A stretch of 64,000 bases of DNA, taken from positions 7,316 through 71,315 of the forward strand of contig JBKEDT010000040.1 in the NCBI GenBank assembly GCA_047975565.1, given 5' to 3'. Position numbers and translations under genes: made by a program. The stretch comes from Enterococcus sp. Its GTDB lineage: Bacteria > Bacillota > Bacilli > Lactobacillales > Enterococcaceae. Under the pieces are notes generated by a model. That model made no database searches. It worked only from the letters and a program-made list of their open reading frames with translations, and was not told the DNA's origin. This document shows, in pieces, positions 11,303 through 23,053 of this stretch; the stretch's first letter is position 1; each line of letters starts with the position of its first letter.

Positions 11303-12243
11303 TATCCTCTACTCCCTTCAGAAACACGAATTCTTGGATCAACTAATCCGTATAATAAATCGACAATTAGAATGACAAAAATCAACATAAATGAATATAA
11401 AATCGTTACAGCCATAATTGTTGGGTAATCATTTGTCATGATTGATTTTACAAATTGTTCACCGATACCAGGAATTGCGAAGATATTTTCAACAACAAGC
11501 GAGCCAGTCATCAAGGCAACAGCGAGCGGTCCTAAAAGTGTCAATAAAGGAATCAAACTGTTTCTTAGACCATGTCTTGTTGCAATTTCGCGACGACTCA
11601 ACCCTTTTGCTCTGGCAAGCTCCACATAATCACTGTGTAAGGATTCTACCATTTCCGTTCGGATAAACCTTGCCGAATCAGCAAGTGGTGACATGGCTAA
11701 AGCGATAGTTGGTAAGATCGTATAAGCAAAACCGTCCCATTTCGCAATAGGTAACCACCCTAATTGGATAGCAAAAATATATTGTAGTAAAACGGCAAAT
11801 ACAAAGTTTGGTATTGAACGTCCTAAAATTGCTACAAGTGTTGCTGCCGTGTCTGCCCAAGTATTTTGCTTCATTGCTGAAATCGTTCCTAAGATGATTC
11901 CAACAAAAGTACCAAAGATAATTGCTTGTAATCCTAATTGAATGGATGGTCCAATTCGGCCAGCTAATAATGAAGAAACTTCTTGGTTTTTAAATTGGAA
12001 GGAAATCCCAAAATCACCCTGAATGAGATTTGAAAGATAAATACCATACTGCACAATCACAGGTTTATCTAATCCAACCTGTTCGTTTAGCATTGCTATC
12101 GTCTCTGGACTTAATCTTTCTTGGTTTGTATATGGTGTACCTGGTAGGAATTGCATTAAGAAAAAGGTAATCGTAGCAATCAGCCACAATGTGATTATCA
12201 TAAAAAAGACGCGCTTCATAAAATATTTTACATAACTGTTCAT
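11302..12243 (-). CDS. oppB: Oligopeptide ABC transporter permease
   Basis: GDFGISF, DYVELARAKGL, VDLLYGLVDPRIR. Confidence 0.95.
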   Translation of the reverse strand: MNSYVKYFMKRVFFMIITLWLIATITFFLMQFLPGTPYTNQERLSPETIAMLNEQVGLDKPVIVQYGIYLSNLIQGDFGISFQFKNQEVSSLLAGRIGPSIQLGLQAIIFGTFVGIILGTISAMKQNTWADTAATLVAILGRSIPNFVFAVLLQYIFAIQLGWLPIAKWDGFAYTILPTIALAMSPLADSARFIRTEMVESLHSDYVELARAKGLSRREIATRHGLRNSLIPLLTLLGPLAVALMTGSLVVENIFAIPGIGEQFVKSIMTNDYPTIMAVTILYSFMLIFVILIVDLLYGLVDPRIRVSEGSRG

Positions 12244-12323
12244 TTATTCTTTACCTCCTGATTTTTGACTTATGGGGGATGTTTCGTTACAGTATTATTG
12301 ACTAAAGTAAAAGGAGCAAGTGA

Positions 12324-12668
12324 ATGAAAAAACGTCTTTCCCCTTACCTAATTGGTAGTGTAGTACTTGTACTTATTGTTAGTATTGATGCAATCAAGCA
12401 ACAATTAACCTTACTAACTCTTTCGAATCATTTCTTTATTGTAGGTATTCCTTTCTTGATTATCGGAGGATTTTTATGGGTTTTTTCCTCAGGTTTCTTT
12501 GATCATTTCCAACGATCCATGCATCTCTCCTTGAAAAGAAACCAGAAGAAAGAACCATCCTTTCTTCCATTATCCTCTGTAGGGGCTTCTCATTTTTCTT
12601 TTTGGCTGATTATTGCTGCACTTTTGATTGGCTCATCGATTGTTCTAGCTCTTTTATCGATGCTGTAG
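12324..12668 (+). CDS. DUF3899-like membrane protein
   Basis: 114 aa, three hydrophobic segments, SSGFFDHF motif, RBS AAGGAG; lies between oppA and oppB on the opposite strand. Confidence 0.78.
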   Translation: MKKRLSPYLIGSVVLVLIVSIDAIKQQLTLLTLSNHFFIVGIPFLIIGGFLWVFSSGFFDHFQRSMHLSLKRNQKKEPSFLPLSSVGASHFSFWLIIAALLIGSSIVLALLSML

Positions 12669-12687
12669 ATTCTTTTTGATTAGTAAG

Positions 12688-12722
12688 AGAAGTTGGAACA
12701 ATGTTGTTCCAACTTCTTTTTT
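12688..12722. terminator. Bidirectional terminator between the DUF3899 gene and oppA
   Basis: AGAAGTTGGAACA/TGTTCCAACTTCT stem plus T tract. Confidence 0.8.
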
Positions 12723-12740
12723 ACTGATCATTTTTGATGC

Positions 12741-14402
12741 TTATTCAACAGACGCCCATTTATAATCCCATGAAGCACCTGCTGCATGGTGAACGATTCC
12801 TTTGATGTCTGGATTTACTAAGTGTCCTTCAGCTTTTTGGTATACTGGAACGACACCCATATCGTCTGCGATAATTTTATTTGCTTCTTGTAGATCTTCC
12901 CAACGTTTGTCTTCGTCTCCTGCATCCGTTGTTGAAGAAGCTTCTACTACTGCATCGTAGTCTTCATTACTCCATTGACCACGGTTATAGGCATTTCCTG
13001 TCGTAAACAAATCAGTGAAGCTACTTGGATCTGAGTAATCAGCTCCCCAACCACCTAATACTGTGTCAAAATCACCTGATGATGAACGATCTAGACGAAC
13101 AGAAAATGGTACTGGTGTTGGTTTTACTGTCACACCTGATAAGTTTTGTTCAATTGTATTTTGTAGGTATTCAATAACTTTTTTCGATGAGTCATCGTCT
13201 GAAGCCATCAATTCAAAGCTTAATGTATCGATACCTAACTCTTCTTTCGCTTTTTCCCAATACTCTTTTGCTTTATCTTTATCGTATGAAACTAAATCGC
13301 CTGCTTCTTTTGCAAAATCTTCATCTGTCGATGGATTTTTTGACATATCCGCTGGTACTAATCCAGTTGAAGCAACAGAGCCATCACCTAATACTTGTTT
13401 CACTAACGCATCACGATCGATAGAGTAAGCGATAGCTTTACGTAAGTTTTCATTTTTAAATGGTGAGTCATCTTCACGTTGGTTAAATTCGATATAACTT
13501 GTACGTGCTTCTTTTACTGATTGGTACGCTGGATCATTTGCATTTTGTTGTGCTAATTCACCAGACAGGATAACATCATCTGCTTGGCCATCTTTAAATA
13601 AGTTCAAAGCAGTTGACGATTCTTTTACTACACTCACATTGATTTTTGATAATTTTACTGAGTCTTTGTCCCAGTAGTCATCGTTTTTCACATATTGCCA
13701 TTCTGTATCTGTACCAGGTCCGCTGAATTCTTCAAGCGTAAATGGTCCATTATAAACGGCTTTATCACTTGTAGATGCATAATCATCTCCATTTTCTTCA
13801 ACCACTGATTGGTTTTGTGGGAAGAATGACGGGAATGCCAGTAAGTACTTAAAGTATGGCGTTTGTTTTGTTAATTTGATTTCTAATTCATGATCATTTA
13901 CTGCTTTGATTCCTAATTCTTCAGGTTTCTTGTCACCTGCTGTAATGTCTGCAGCATTTTCCACTGATTCAAATAAGTAAGCATACTCTGAGGCCGTTGC
14001 CGGATCTACCGTACGTTGCCATCCATAAACATAATCTTGCGCAGTTACTGGGTCACCGTTTGACCATTTAGCATCCTCTCGCAACTTGATGGTATACGTT
14101 AATCCATCCTCACTAACTTCTGCCATTTCTGAAGCACCTGCTGGTTGCGGGTTGCTATCTTCATCTAGACGATAAATACCTTCATATACATTATTCAATG
14201 CAGTAAAACTAATTGTATCTGTCGCCACAGATAAGTCAGCTGTTGGCATTTCTTGTGGGATAACCAAATTAAATTCTGAACTTCCTGATGCAGAACCGCT
14301 GCTTCCTGAAGTATCACTATCTGAAGAACTTGAACCACCATAACACCCTGCTAAAGCAAGGCCACAAACCATCACAAAACCAAACGTTACACTTTTTTTC
14401 AT
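12741..14402 (-). CDS. oppA: Oligopeptide ABC transporter substrate-binding lipoprotein
   Basis: Lipobox LAGC, family-5 SBP motifs LREDAKWSNGDPVTAQDY, YNGPF, WGADYSDP. Confidence 0.95.
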   Translation of the reverse strand: MKKSVTFGFVMVCGLALAGCYGGSSSSDSDTSGSSGSASGSSEFNLVIPQEMPTADLSVATDTISFTALNNVYEGIYRLDEDSNPQPAGASEMAEVSEDGLTYTIKLREDAKWSNGDPVTAQDYVYGWQRTVDPATASEYAYLFESVENAADITAGDKKPEELGIKAVNDHELEIKLTKQTPYFKYLLAFPSFFPQNQSVVEENGDDYASTSDKAVYNGPFTLEEFSGPGTDTEWQYVKNDDYWDKDSVKLSKINVSVVKESSTALNLFKDGQADDVILSGELAQQNANDPAYQSVKEARTSYIEFNQREDDSPFKNENLRKAIAYSIDRDALVKQVLGDGSVASTGLVPADMSKNPSTDEDFAKEAGDLVSYDKDKAKEYWEKAKEELGIDTLSFELMASDDDSSKKVIEYLQNTIEQNLSGVTVKPTPVPFSVRLDRSSSGDFDTVLGGWGADYSDPSSFTDLFTTGNAYNRGQWSNEDYDAVVEASSTTDAGDEDKRWEDLQEANKIIADDMGVVPVYQKAEGHLVNPDIKGIVHHAAGASWDYKWASVE

Positions 14403-14463
14403 TTTTTGCGCTCCCTTTTATTTGAATTTTCAGATTAATTAACTTTTCCTGAAGTTAAATAAG

Positions 14464-14492
14464 AGTTTAATTAATAATTATTAAAAAAGCAA
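14464..14492 (-). promoter_or_regulatory. Predicted sigmaA promoter of oppA containing the putative TldR target (TAM TTTAA 14485-14481, seed match 14480-14474)
   Basis: Minus strand TTGCTT-TTTTAATAATTATTAAT(17)-TAAACT; the spacer contains TTTAA followed by TAATTAT, identical to the first 7 nt of the guide at 7138-7132. Confidence 0.72.
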
Positions 14493-14537
14493 GCATTTTA
14501 TTTAATAAATATAATTAAATAATCACTAAATAACTTA

Positions 14538-14552
14538 AATTATCTGACAATT
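14538..14552. promoter_or_regulatory. Putative CodY box upstream of oppA
   Basis: AATTATCTGACAATT, 2 mismatches to AATTTTCWGAAAATT; weaker second site AATTTTCAGATTAAT at 14425-14439 (3 mismatches). Confidence 0.55.
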
Positions 14553-14794
14553 CCTTTTATTTAAAAGAATTTTTTTATAAAAAAAAACGGTAAAATAATT
14601 ACCGTTATTCGTCATTTACTTATAATTATCTATAAAAGCGCAATAAAGTTCGTTTAGAATTAATTAATGTATAGCTTTTCACAAAAAAGAGTACTGCCTG
14701 ATTTCTACTTTTTACGTTCAAACACCAGCTCATTATTTTCTCATTTTTATAAAAAACGAGTCTGCAACATAAAATGTCTCAGACTCGTTTTTAG

Positions 14795-15877
14795 CTAATT
14801 TACTTTTGTTCTTGCTTTTTCTTTTTTCTTCATCTGTTTGCTTCGTAATTGTCCGCAAGCTGCATCGATATCTGTACCGTGTTCTTTACGAACAACACAA
14901 TTGATACCGTTCTTCTTCAAGACATCATAAAAACGTAAGACGTCTTCACGCGGGCTGCGTGAGTATTGATCATGTTCGCTCACTGGATTATACGGAATCA
15001 AGTTCACGTAAGTCAGTTTTTTCTTGTCTTTTAACAAATCAGCAAGTTCTTGTGCATGTTCTGGACGATCATTCACGTGGTTCAGCATAATATACTCGAA
15101 TGTAATGCGACGATTTGTTTTTTCTAAATAGTCATCGACTGCTTCCATTAATTTCTCAATTGGGAAACTACGATTGATACGCATAATTGATGAACGTATT
15201 TCATTATTTGGTGCATGTAATGAAATGGCCAAATTCACTTGTAAGCCATTTTCTGCGTATTCTTTGATTTTATTTGCCAACCCACTTGTTGACACAGTGA
15301 TGTGACGTGCTCCAATTGCAAGCCCTTTTGCATCATTGATCGTGTAAATAAAGTTCATTACATTGTCATAGTTATCAAATGGTTCACCAATACCCATTAC
15401 AACTACGTGTGAGACACGCTCATCTTGTCCACGTTCATCAAAGTAGTGTTGGACCATCATGACTTGGGCAACGATTTCCCCTGCAGTTAAATCACGATTT
15501 TTCTTCAATAAACCACTTGCACAAAATGTACAACCAATATTACACCCTACTTGGGTTGTAACGCATACAGATAAACCGTACTCTTGACGCATCAGTACTG
15601 TTTCAATCATGTTCTTATCTGGTAATTCAAAAAGATATTTCACTGTCCCGTCCGAAGCTTCTTGAACGACAATTTGTTTTAATGGATTAATAACAAAGTT
15701 TTCCTCTAATTTTGCAATTAGTGATTTTGCTAAATTCGTCATTTCAGCAAATGTCGTTACACGTTTTCTATATAACCATTCCCAAACTTGAGAAGCACGG
15801 AATTTTTTTTCTCCGTTTTCAAGGAACCATGTGACTAACTCTTCATTCGTCAAACCATAAATGGATTGTTTTTCCAA
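14795..15877 (-). CDS. rlmN: 23S rRNA m2A2503 / tRNA radical SAM methyltransferase
   Basis: [35 protein letters not shown] start. Confidence 0.96.
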   Translation of the reverse strand: MEKQSIYGLTNEELVTWFLENGEKKFRASQVWEWLYRKRVTTFAEMTNLAKSLIAKLEENFVINPLKQIVVQEASDGTVKYLFELPDKNMIETVLMRQEYGLSVCVTTQVGCNIGCTFCASGLLKKNRDLTAGEIVAQVMMVQHYFDERGQDERVSHVVVMGIGEPFDNYDNVMNFIYTINDAKGLAIGARHITVSTSGLANKIKEYAENGLQVNLAISLHAPNNEIRSSIMRINRSFPIEKLMEAVDDYLEKTNRRITFEYIMLNHVNDRPEHAQELADLLKDKKKLTYVNLIPYNPVSEHDQYSRSPREDVLRFYDVLKKNGINCVVRKEHGTDIDAACGQLRSKQMKKKEKARTKVN

Positions 15878-15984
15878 AGTATTTTCCCTCTTTTTCTAAA
15901 AAGTTTCGCTACATACTATAACTGATTCATGCTACAAATGCAAGATAGCGTCCAATAAATTCATTTTCTTGTCTAAAAAAAGCA

Positions 15985-16029
15985 CATGATTCGTAGAAAT
16001 CGTCTATACCCGATTTTCTACGAATCATG
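15985..16029 (-). terminator. Terminator after ftsK
   Basis: CATGATTCGTAGAAA...TTTCTACGAATCATG inverted repeat. Confidence 0.7.
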
Positions 16030-16048
16030 AAGCTCTTTGTTCACTTAT

Positions 16049-18502
16049 TTAGATTGGTTCTTCATTATCTAACGAAGCATCGTTTAATGGTTCATCGATT
16101 TGTTCAAGTAATACTTTTCTTGGTTTGCTTCCTTCAGAAGGACCTACCACGCCGTGTGCTTCCAATTCATCCACTAGACGTGCTGCGCGATTATAGCCAA
16201 TCCTAAATCTTCTTTGAAGTAACGAAATACTTGCTGTTTTCATGTCTACTACCAAGGCTTTTGCATCCTCATATAACTCATCTTGTGGATTTTCAGCAGC
16301 TCCTGATCCTTGTTCTGGCTCATCTGTCGGCATCATTTTTTCTTCATAATGCGCTTCTTGTTGATCAGTTACGTAATTTACAAGTCGTTCCACCTCATGA
16401 TCAGAGATAAATGCGCCTTGGATTCGGATTGGTTTGTTTTCACCCATCGGTAAGAACAACATATCGCCTCGACCTAGAAGCTTCTCTGCACCGTTGCTAT
16501 CAATAATTGTCCGAGAGTCCGTCCCACTTGATACAGCGAACGCCATTCGTGAAGGTACATTCGCTTTGATGATCCCGGTGATAACGTCCACACTTGGGCG
16601 CTGTGTTGCTAAGATCATATGGATACCCGCAGCACGAGCCATTTGGGCTAAGCGGATGATTGCATCTTCCACTTCGTTACTTGCTACCATCATCAAGTCT
16701 GCAAGTTCATCCACGATAACAACGATAAACGGTAATGTTGGATGTTTAGTCCCGTTCTTTTTGTTTTGTTCGTCAATATATTCATTGAATCCAGTAATAT
16801 TTCTTGCACCCGTTGCTGCAAATTTTTCGTAACGTTCTTCCATTTCTTTTACTACTTTTTGCAATGCTTGGGCAGCTTTTCTTGGGTTGGTTACAACTGG
16901 TGTCAATAAATGGGGGATTCCATTATAGACATTCAGCTCCACCATTTTAGGGTCGATCATCATCAATTTGACTTCATGTGGTTTTGCTCGCATCAAGATG
17001 CTTGCAATGATACCGTTGATTGCAACGGATTTCCCACTACCCGTGGATCCAGCAATCAATAAATGGGGCATCTTGGTCAAGTCCGCAGTTTGTACGATAC
17101 CAGAGATGTCTCGACCAAGCGGCACTTCTAATATCTTATCTGGATGGTTTGGTTGTGCTTCAATTACTTCTCTAAAAGAAACCATGCTGACTTGACTATT
17201 TGGTACTTCGATCCCAATCAATGACTTTCCTGGAATCGGCGCTTCCATACGTACATCCTTAGCTGCCAAAGCAAGTGCGATATCATCAGTCAAGCTAACG
17301 ATTTTGCTTACCTTTACACCAATCGCCGGTTCTACTTCAAATTTTGTAACCGCTGGTCCTAAGCTGGCTTTTTTTACTTTCGCATCTACACCAAAGCTAG
17401 CAAATGTTTTTTCTAAAACGCCGATATTTTTTTCGATTTTTTTATATTCTTCACTTTGATCTGCTGAAGGGATAGAATCTAATAAATCAATCGTAGGAAG
17501 TTGGTAATCATGATTTTCTTGTTCTGCACCTATCTCAAAATCTAGCACGCTACCGTCGTCCTCTTCTTCATGTGCCATAGGATCTTCCGGCATGGTGCTT
17601 GTTGATTGTGCGGTCGGTCTAGGTGTCTCAACGACTTTTTCTTGGAAATTGTCAATTTTTATTTTTGGCTTTTCAACTTCGGGTTGTGCTTCTTCTACTG
17701 GTTCAATAAAAGTTGCCATGATTTCTTTCCGACGGGAGCTTCTTGTTTTCTTGCTTTCTTGCTCTTGATTGATTGCCGCAAGTTCTTCCTCTGCAGCCTG
17801 CCTTTTTGAAGCTTCTCTCGCTTCTTTTGCTTGTGCACGTTCTTGTTTTTTCGCTTCTCGAAGCGCTTGTTTCTTCGCTTGTTTTGCGGGATCTTCTTCC
17901 AATAGATTTTGGACTTTTTCACCTAAATCTTGTATTGCATTTAATAACTGATACGGTTCTAGATTACTCATTAGGTACGCACCACCAGCTAATAAAAGAC
18001 AGGCAATCAAATAGCTGCCAGCTTGTGAAATCAAGAAATAGGTAAATTGATACAGCATTGCACCAATCATCCCCCCGCCAACATTTCGCTCAATTTGGCT
18101 TTGTCTAAGGTCACTTGCAAGCAAATCCCATGTGGTTCCTAGAATGTTGGCTTGACCATTATGTACACCGCCAAAAAGATGCGCATGCATCATCAAGAGG
18201 ATCCCTAAATAGAAAATACCTGCACCAACCCAACGTCTAGGTTTGTTAAACGTTAAGTCCTTGTTTTTGATTATCACGAAAAAACCAAAAGCACCTAATA
18301 AAAGGCAAAGGAAAGGAAAGGTGTTTCCCGCAATGATCCGAAAACCATTTGCTATCAAAATCCCTAAAAATCCTAAACGTAGTAGGCCGAAGACGGCTAA
18401 GAGAATCAACACAAAACCTGCAATGATAATCATCATCTGTTCTTGCTGTTGTTGTTGTTTTTTTGTTTTTTTCTTTTTTGTTGGGCGTTTTTTCTTCGCC
18501 AT
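16049..18502 (-). CDS. ftsK: DNA translocase FtsK/SpoIIIE
   Basis: N-terminal TM region, [27 protein letters not shown], gamma domain [15 protein letters not shown]. Confidence 0.96.
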   Translation of the reverse strand: MAKKKRPTKKKKTKKQQQQQEQMMIIIAGFVLILLAVFGLLRLGFLGILIANGFRIIAGNTFPFLCLLLGAFGFFVIIKNKDLTFNKPRRWVGAGIFYLGILLMMHAHLFGGVHNGQANILGTTWDLLASDLRQSQIERNVGGGMIGAMLYQFTYFLISQAGSYLIACLLLAGGAYLMSNLEPYQLLNAIQDLGEKVQNLLEEDPAKQAKKQALREAKKQERAQAKEAREASKRQAAEEELAAINQEQESKKTRSSRRKEIMATFIEPVEEAQPEVEKPKIKIDNFQEKVVETPRPTAQSTSTMPEDPMAHEEEDDGSVLDFEIGAEQENHDYQLPTIDLLDSIPSADQSEEYKKIEKNIGVLEKTFASFGVDAKVKKASLGPAVTKFEVEPAIGVKVSKIVSLTDDIALALAAKDVRMEAPIPGKSLIGIEVPNSQVSMVSFREVIEAQPNHPDKILEVPLGRDISGIVQTADLTKMPHLLIAGSTGSGKSVAINGIIASILMRAKPHEVKLMMIDPKMVELNVYNGIPHLLTPVVTNPRKAAQALQKVVKEMEERYEKFAATGARNITGFNEYIDEQNKKNGTKHPTLPFIVVIVDELADLMMVASNEVEDAIIRLAQMARAAGIHMILATQRPSVDVITGIIKANVPSRMAFAVSSGTDSRTIIDSNGAEKLLGRGDMLFLPMGENKPIRIQGAFISDHEVERLVNYVTDQQEAHYEEKMMPTDEPEQGSGAAENPQDELYEDAKALVVDMKTASISLLQRRFRIGYNRAARLVDELEAHGVVGPSEGSKPRKVLLEQIDEPLNDASLDNEEPI

Positions 18503-18711
18503 GCTTATCCCTCATTTCATCAAGTTTCATTATACAAAAAAAAAGACACGAACAAAAGTTTTGTTTTGATGATACCGATTTCTAAGCAGAAATTTTACTT
18601 TTTTCCCAAAAAATAGGTAGAAGAGTTTATGACAATATCATGCCAAACTCTTCTACCTATTTGATTATTCATTTTTATCGTCACTCTTTTGCGGCAGCTG
18701 TTTTTATTGAC

Positions 18712-18822
18712 GGTGTTTTTGCGGCAGCTTCTTCGGAAATAATCTGAATCTCTCAAAAATCTGCAAAACGATTTTTAGTGATTCTTGCTTATTTCTTGAA
18801 GCTAAACGCCGCAAAAACAACC
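18712..18822. repeat. Palindromic intergenic repeat (EFAR-like module)
   Basis: GGTGTTTTTGCGGCAGCTTCTTCGGAAATAA...AAAAATC...GATTTTT...TTATTTCTTGAAGC..ACGCCGCAAAAACAACC; shares the CTTCGGAAATAA/CTTATTTCT core with 31700-31960. Confidence 0.7.
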
Positions 18823-18823
18823 T

Positions 18824-20308
<1,485 letters not shown>

Positions 20309-20420
20309 TTACAAGAACAGTATAACAAACAAAAGCATTCGAGTAAACGCTTTTATTGTATAGGAAAAATAAATACAAGACAAAGATTTGCCTTGTACTC
20401 ATTTTTTATTTTTGATTCAT

Positions 20421-21239
20421 CTACTTACTTGGTGTAACATCTGTTCCAAACCATTTGTCTGATATTTTTTGGAATTCGCCTGTTTCTTCAAGTTTTTCGA
20501 TTCCTTGATTGATTTTTTCAACCAATTCGTCATCATCTTTTCTCGCACCAACTGCGAAATTTTCACTTTGATACTCACCAATCATAATGTTGTAGTTATC
20601 TAACTCACCATTTTGTTTTAAATAATAATTTGCGTAGACGCGATCCATCAACAGACCATCAATACGTCCACTTTTCAAATCAATCAAGGCTTCATTAAAG
20701 CTATCGTATAATACTGCATCTTGATTTTTCACGTTGTCTTTTAATATTTCTGGCTGGTCAACGAATGCGGTATACCCTGAAGAACCATTTTGCGCACCGA
20801 TTATTTTTCCATTCATTTGATCGAAACTCGTGATACCTGATTTTTTCGTTGTCACTAATACTTGGTCATTCTCCATATACGGATTTGAAAATTGTACTTT
20901 CTTTTCTCGTGCAGGAGTTTTCGTATACCCATTCCAAATTAAGTCAATCGTTCCATTCGTTAATTCAAGTTCCTTCATCGACCAATCAATTGCTTGAAAG
21001 TCAACTGTAATTCCATATTGTTTAAAGACAGCTTTGGCTAAATCAACATCAAATCCAGTTATCTTCCCATCTTCATCTCGAAACCCCATTGGAACAAATG
21101 TGTCATCTAATCCAATAACAACTTTCTTCTCTTGATTGATGATTTCCCACGTGTTCCCGTTTGGTTTTTGTTTTGTACACCCCGTAGCGATGAGGATACA
21201 TGCACACATGAGTAAAGTTAAAATGCTTAATTTTTTCAT
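20421..21239 (-). CDS. Polar amino acid ABC transporter substrate-binding lipoprotein
   Basis: Lipobox ATGC, GLDDTFVPMGF, GFDVDLA, IDLIWNG. Confidence 0.92.
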   Translation of the reverse strand: MKKLSILTLLMCACILIATGCTKQKPNGNTWEIINQEKKVVIGLDDTFVPMGFRDEDGKITGFDVDLAKAVFKQYGITVDFQAIDWSMKELELTNGTIDLIWNGYTKTPAREKKVQFSNPYMENDQVLVTTKKSGITSFDQMNGKIIGAQNGSSGYTAFVDQPEILKDNVKNQDAVLYDSFNEALIDLKSGRIDGLLMDRVYANYYLKQNGELDNYNIMIGEYQSENFAVGARKDDDELVEKINQGIEKLEETGEFQKISDKWFGTDVTPSK

Positions 21240-21242
21240 GAA

Positions 21243-21884
21243 CTATCCCTCTTTCTGTGGCTCCACACGCAAAATCAAATCGCCCACATTTTCAGCGAAA
21301 GTTAAATCATGGGTTACGATAATTTGCGTCACTCCATCTTTTTTTAATGAAAGAATCAAGTTTTCTACTTGTTGACGTAGCTCTGGATCTAATGCACTGG
21401 TTGGTTCATCGTAGGCTAAGACACGTGGGTTCATCGCTAATGCACGTGCTATGGCTACGCGTTGCTTTTGCCCTCCAGAAAGTTGAAAAGGATAGTTCAA
21501 CAGTAAATCATTGATTCCTAAAGACTCTGCCAATTCATTCGCTTTTTTTGTATAAACCTCTTCTGTCTGCTTCAACACTGTTTTTGGTGCTAACGTGATG
21601 TTTTCAAAAATATTTAAATGAGGGAATAACTGAAAATCTTGAAAAACTACGCCGACAACTTGCTCATTCTTCTTCATATTCGCTGGATCAAATTGTTGAC
21701 CATCTAAATAAAAAGCACCACTGTCGGCTGTTTCTAAACCGGCTAAACCGCGTAGCAAGGTTGTCTTCCCACCACCTGAAGGGCCAACAATCGATAACGT
21801 TTGTCCATCAGGTATCACAAGATCCAAGTCTCTCACAACATGTTTATTTTCAAATGATTTATTTATTTTCTTTAGTTCAATCAT
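21243..21884 (-). CDS. Polar amino acid ABC transporter ATP-binding protein
   Basis: GPSGGGKTT, LSGGQKQRVAIARAL, DEPTSALDPE. Confidence 0.93.
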   Translation of the reverse strand: MIELKKINKSFENKHVVRDLDLVIPDGQTLSIVGPSGGGKTTLLRGLAGLETADSGAFYLDGQQFDPANMKKNEQVVGVVFQDFQLFPHLNIFENITLAPKTVLKQTEEVYTKKANELAESLGINDLLLNYPFQLSGGQKQRVAIARALAMNPRVLAYDEPTSALDPELRQQVENLILSLKKDGVTQIIVTHDLTFAENVGDLILRVEPQKEG

Positions 21885-21897
21885 ATTCTTTCCTCCT

Positions 21898-22539
21898 CTA
21901 GCGGTAGTAATTCAAGCGACGTTCTACACGGTGCAAAATAAGGGTCAATACGCCTGTCAACGCAAGATAAATAATGGCTACACCAACCAATGGAATCAAT
22001 GTTGCATCTCGTTCCATTGCGATCTTCCCAGCACGCATAATGTCACCCAATCCAAGAATGTAAACAAGGGAAGAATCTTTGATTAAATTAATGATTTCAT
22101 TTCCGACTGACGGCAACACGATTTTAAATACTTGTGGAATCACTATCTTTGTTATTGTTTGAAATGGACTGAGTTGTAAAACCTGTGCGGCTTCGTATTG
22201 TCCTTGTGGAATAGACTGGAATCCTCCACGGAAGATTTCGGCAAAATAAGCGGCGTAATTTAGAATAAAGGCAAAAATTGCTGCATCAAAACGATCAAAT
22301 ACGATACCAACTGTTGGCAATCCATAGAAAACAAAAATCAATTGTAGCAATAATGGTGTCCCACGAATCACCCAAACGTATGACTGTAGCAGGTAACGCA
22401 ATGGTTTGAATTTCACCGATAATCCTAACGCAAGTAATAATCCTAAGGGTAAAGAACCTAAGATTGTTAAAGCAAATAATTTTAATGTTGTCCCCGCACC
22501 TACAAGTATTTGTGGCATAACTTCAATTAAATAACTCAT
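21898..22539 (-). CDS. Polar amino acid ABC transporter permease
   Basis: RGTPLLLQL, AYFAEIFRGG, GQYEAA, IKDSSL. Confidence 0.93.
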   Translation of the reverse strand: MSYLIEVMPQILVGAGTTLKLFALTILGSLPLGLLLALGLSVKFKPLRYLLQSYVWVIRGTPLLLQLIFVFYGLPTVGIVFDRFDAAIFAFILNYAAYFAEIFRGGFQSIPQGQYEAAQVLQLSPFQTITKIVIPQVFKIVLPSVGNEIINLIKDSSLVYILGLGDIMRAGKIAMERDATLIPLVGVAIIYLALTGVLTLILHRVERRLNYYR

Positions 22540-22569
22540 TTTATTCCTCCTTCATTTGTTAAAAAATAA

Positions 22570-22942
22570 TAAAAAAACCTCTTGGTACGTATACCAAGAG
22601 GACGTAAACTACGTGATTCCACCTCAAGTTTGTTTTTCTTCACAGAAAAAACCTCAAGCACTCATTCGTTAGACTCACTAGGATAAAAAAAACGTCCTTT
22701 GATCTACTGATCAAAGGACGTCATTATTACGTGGTTCCACCTTTTATTTGTTAGGACCTCACAGTCACTAACCTTATCTAGTCGTCTAACAACGACTGCA
22801 GCTATAACGGGCTCCCCGAGTTCTCCTACGTATTCCTTCAAAGAACTGACTCCAAGATGTGGTTCACAATCAGCTATTATCTCTTCACACCACCCAGAGA
22901 CTCTCTTCAAATAACTAACTCCTACTCTTCTTTTCGATGTCT
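22570..22942 (-). promoter_or_regulatory. T-box leader (His specifier CAC) with two antiterminator/terminator modules
   Basis: Stem I with AGTA, AGAGA, GGTG.GAA and GAA-C-CAC-A (CAC at 22861-22859); T-box AGGTGGAACCACG (22742-22730) plus terminator; second AGGTGGAATCACG (22624-22612) plus terminator. Confidence 0.88.
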
Positions 22943-23053
22943 TAATGTATTAAGATTAATTGTAATTTATACTATTTTGTTTTAGTTGTCAAACAAAAAG
23001 TTACTTTCATGAAAATTATTTCGTGTTTATTTCCAAAAATATTTTGGAAAAAT

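Noticed and set aside
10311..13428. Antisense ORFs of 94-153 aa over the opp genes (and similar ones over metG, ftsK, pepO, dha, glpF)
   Set aside because: Typical shadow ORFs of codon-biased genes, with no RBS and no recognisable motifs.
14595..14630. Other TAATTA matches upstream of oppA as guide targets
   Set aside because: Not preceded by TTTAA, outside the predicted core promoter, and expected by chance in AT-rich DNA.
18440..18500. Low-complexity T/G tract and overlapping 94- and 108-aa ORFs
   Set aside because: Encodes the Lys/Gln-rich N-terminus of FtsK; the alternative ORFs are shadows.
22704..22910. 68-aa ORF
   Set aside because: Lies entirely within the T-box leader and has no convincing RBS.
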